A stretch of 64,000 nucleotides of DNA from Mesotaenium endlicherianum. Its lineage: Eukaryota. The position numbers and the translations under genes were made by a program. Shown one piece after another: positions 63,306 through 64,000 of the stretch (position 1 is its first letter; the number at the start of each line of letters is the position of its first letter). The stretch spans positions 705,473 to 769,472 of the forward strand of contig WELA01003517.1 of the NCBI GenBank assembly GCA_009602735.1. Direction: 5' to 3'. The notes below the pieces were generated by a model. That model ran no database searches. It was not told the origin of the DNA and was given only the letters and a program-made list of their open reading frames with translations.

Positions 63306-63506
63306 ATGGCTTTGCAGTTATGGAGTAGGCCTCATGCAGAGTCTCTCTAGTCCGTTTTCGCTAAAGGAAATACTAAGCAAGTTCCGTCACAGTCGTACAA
63401 ACAAGATTCTTGAAGATTCTTAAAGCATGACGCATCAGGAAAGCGACTTAATCAAACGAACCCTTCTGACGCGCCCTTCTTCAAACAATGTCAGCGAAGA
63501 ACTACA

Positions 63507-64000
63507 ATGGAAGAAGAACCGGAGTGCAGCGTGTGTTCGGCGCCATTCGGTAATTCTATACACGTTCCTCTCGTTTTATCATGCGGCCACTCGCTATGTC
63601 GGGACTGCATACAGCAATTGAGCATTAGCGTTGGAAACTTGCCACCTTTGGTCGGAAGTGACTCTACTCTAGCCACTTCACAACTCTCCCCTTATTCAAC
63701 TCAGGCTCACAATAGTGGGACACTGAGAAACGATGAGGCTGTGTCTGGGGCAAAGAAGTCAGGCGTTGACCTTGTCCGCTGTCCAGAATGTAATGTGCGA
63801 TCAAAGGCGCCATCAGGAGGCTTAGGAGAATTCCCAAAGAACATAGAGCTGCTGCGCTGCATTGATTTACTGAGGCGAAGGACAAATGGACTGGAGGCCA
63901 TCAATGCGCCTGCGAATGGCCTTCGGAACGCTCATGGTAGAGGAGATATATGCACAGGAGCCAGGGTGGAGACGCATGTGTCAGATGGGGTGCAACATTG
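63507..64000 (+). CDS. 5' part of a C3HC4 RING-finger protein (runs off the window); resembles plant RING/WD40 proteins
   Basis: Open frame MEEEPECSVC...VPLVLSCGHSLCRDC...VRCPECNVRSKAPSGGLGEFPKNIELLR. It is absent from the ORF track because no stop occurs within the window. Confidence 0.82.
   Translation, partial: MEEEPECSVCSAPFGNSIHVPLVLSCGHSLCRDCIQQLSISVGNLPPLVGSDSTLATSQLSPYSTQAHNSGTLRNDEAVSGAKKSGVDLVRCPECNVRSKAPSGGLGEFPKNIELLRCIDLLRRRTNGLEAINAPANGLRNAHGRGDICTGARVETHVSDGVQH

Overview
Eukaryotic, intron-rich, gene-dense DNA. The gene content (CRR6, group I WRKY, URT1 with plant N-terminal motifs, plant-type organellar IF3) points to a streptophyte, most likely a streptophyte alga (inference). 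About 15 spliced genes were assembled by hand, nearly all in head-to-head pairs: UVSSA/RAP1-like, NIPP1-like FHA/AIP1, CRR6/URT1, C1orf74-like, unknown membrane protein/IF3, RPL13/RPS16, kinesin/WRKY, CHCH/RING. Between kinesin and WRKY is a nested transposon: an internally deleted hAT element (48955-56906; 15-bp TIRs, 8-bp TSD GTTTGGTA) whose transposase remnant is interrupted by a full-length Ty3/gypsy chromovirus (49932-56093; TSD CGCTA). The top finding is a four-exon gene (3924-7001) encoding an apparently complete BRCT-Myb-RCT RAP1/TERF2IP shelterin-type protein, a component generally regarded as missing from plants. Other points: an RPL13/RPS16 divergent pair as in yeasts, a kinesin ending in polybasic+CaaX, a duplicated M1-like motif in URT1, and a W-box cluster upstream of the WRKY gene. 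All homology calls rest on remembered family motifs; no searches were run.
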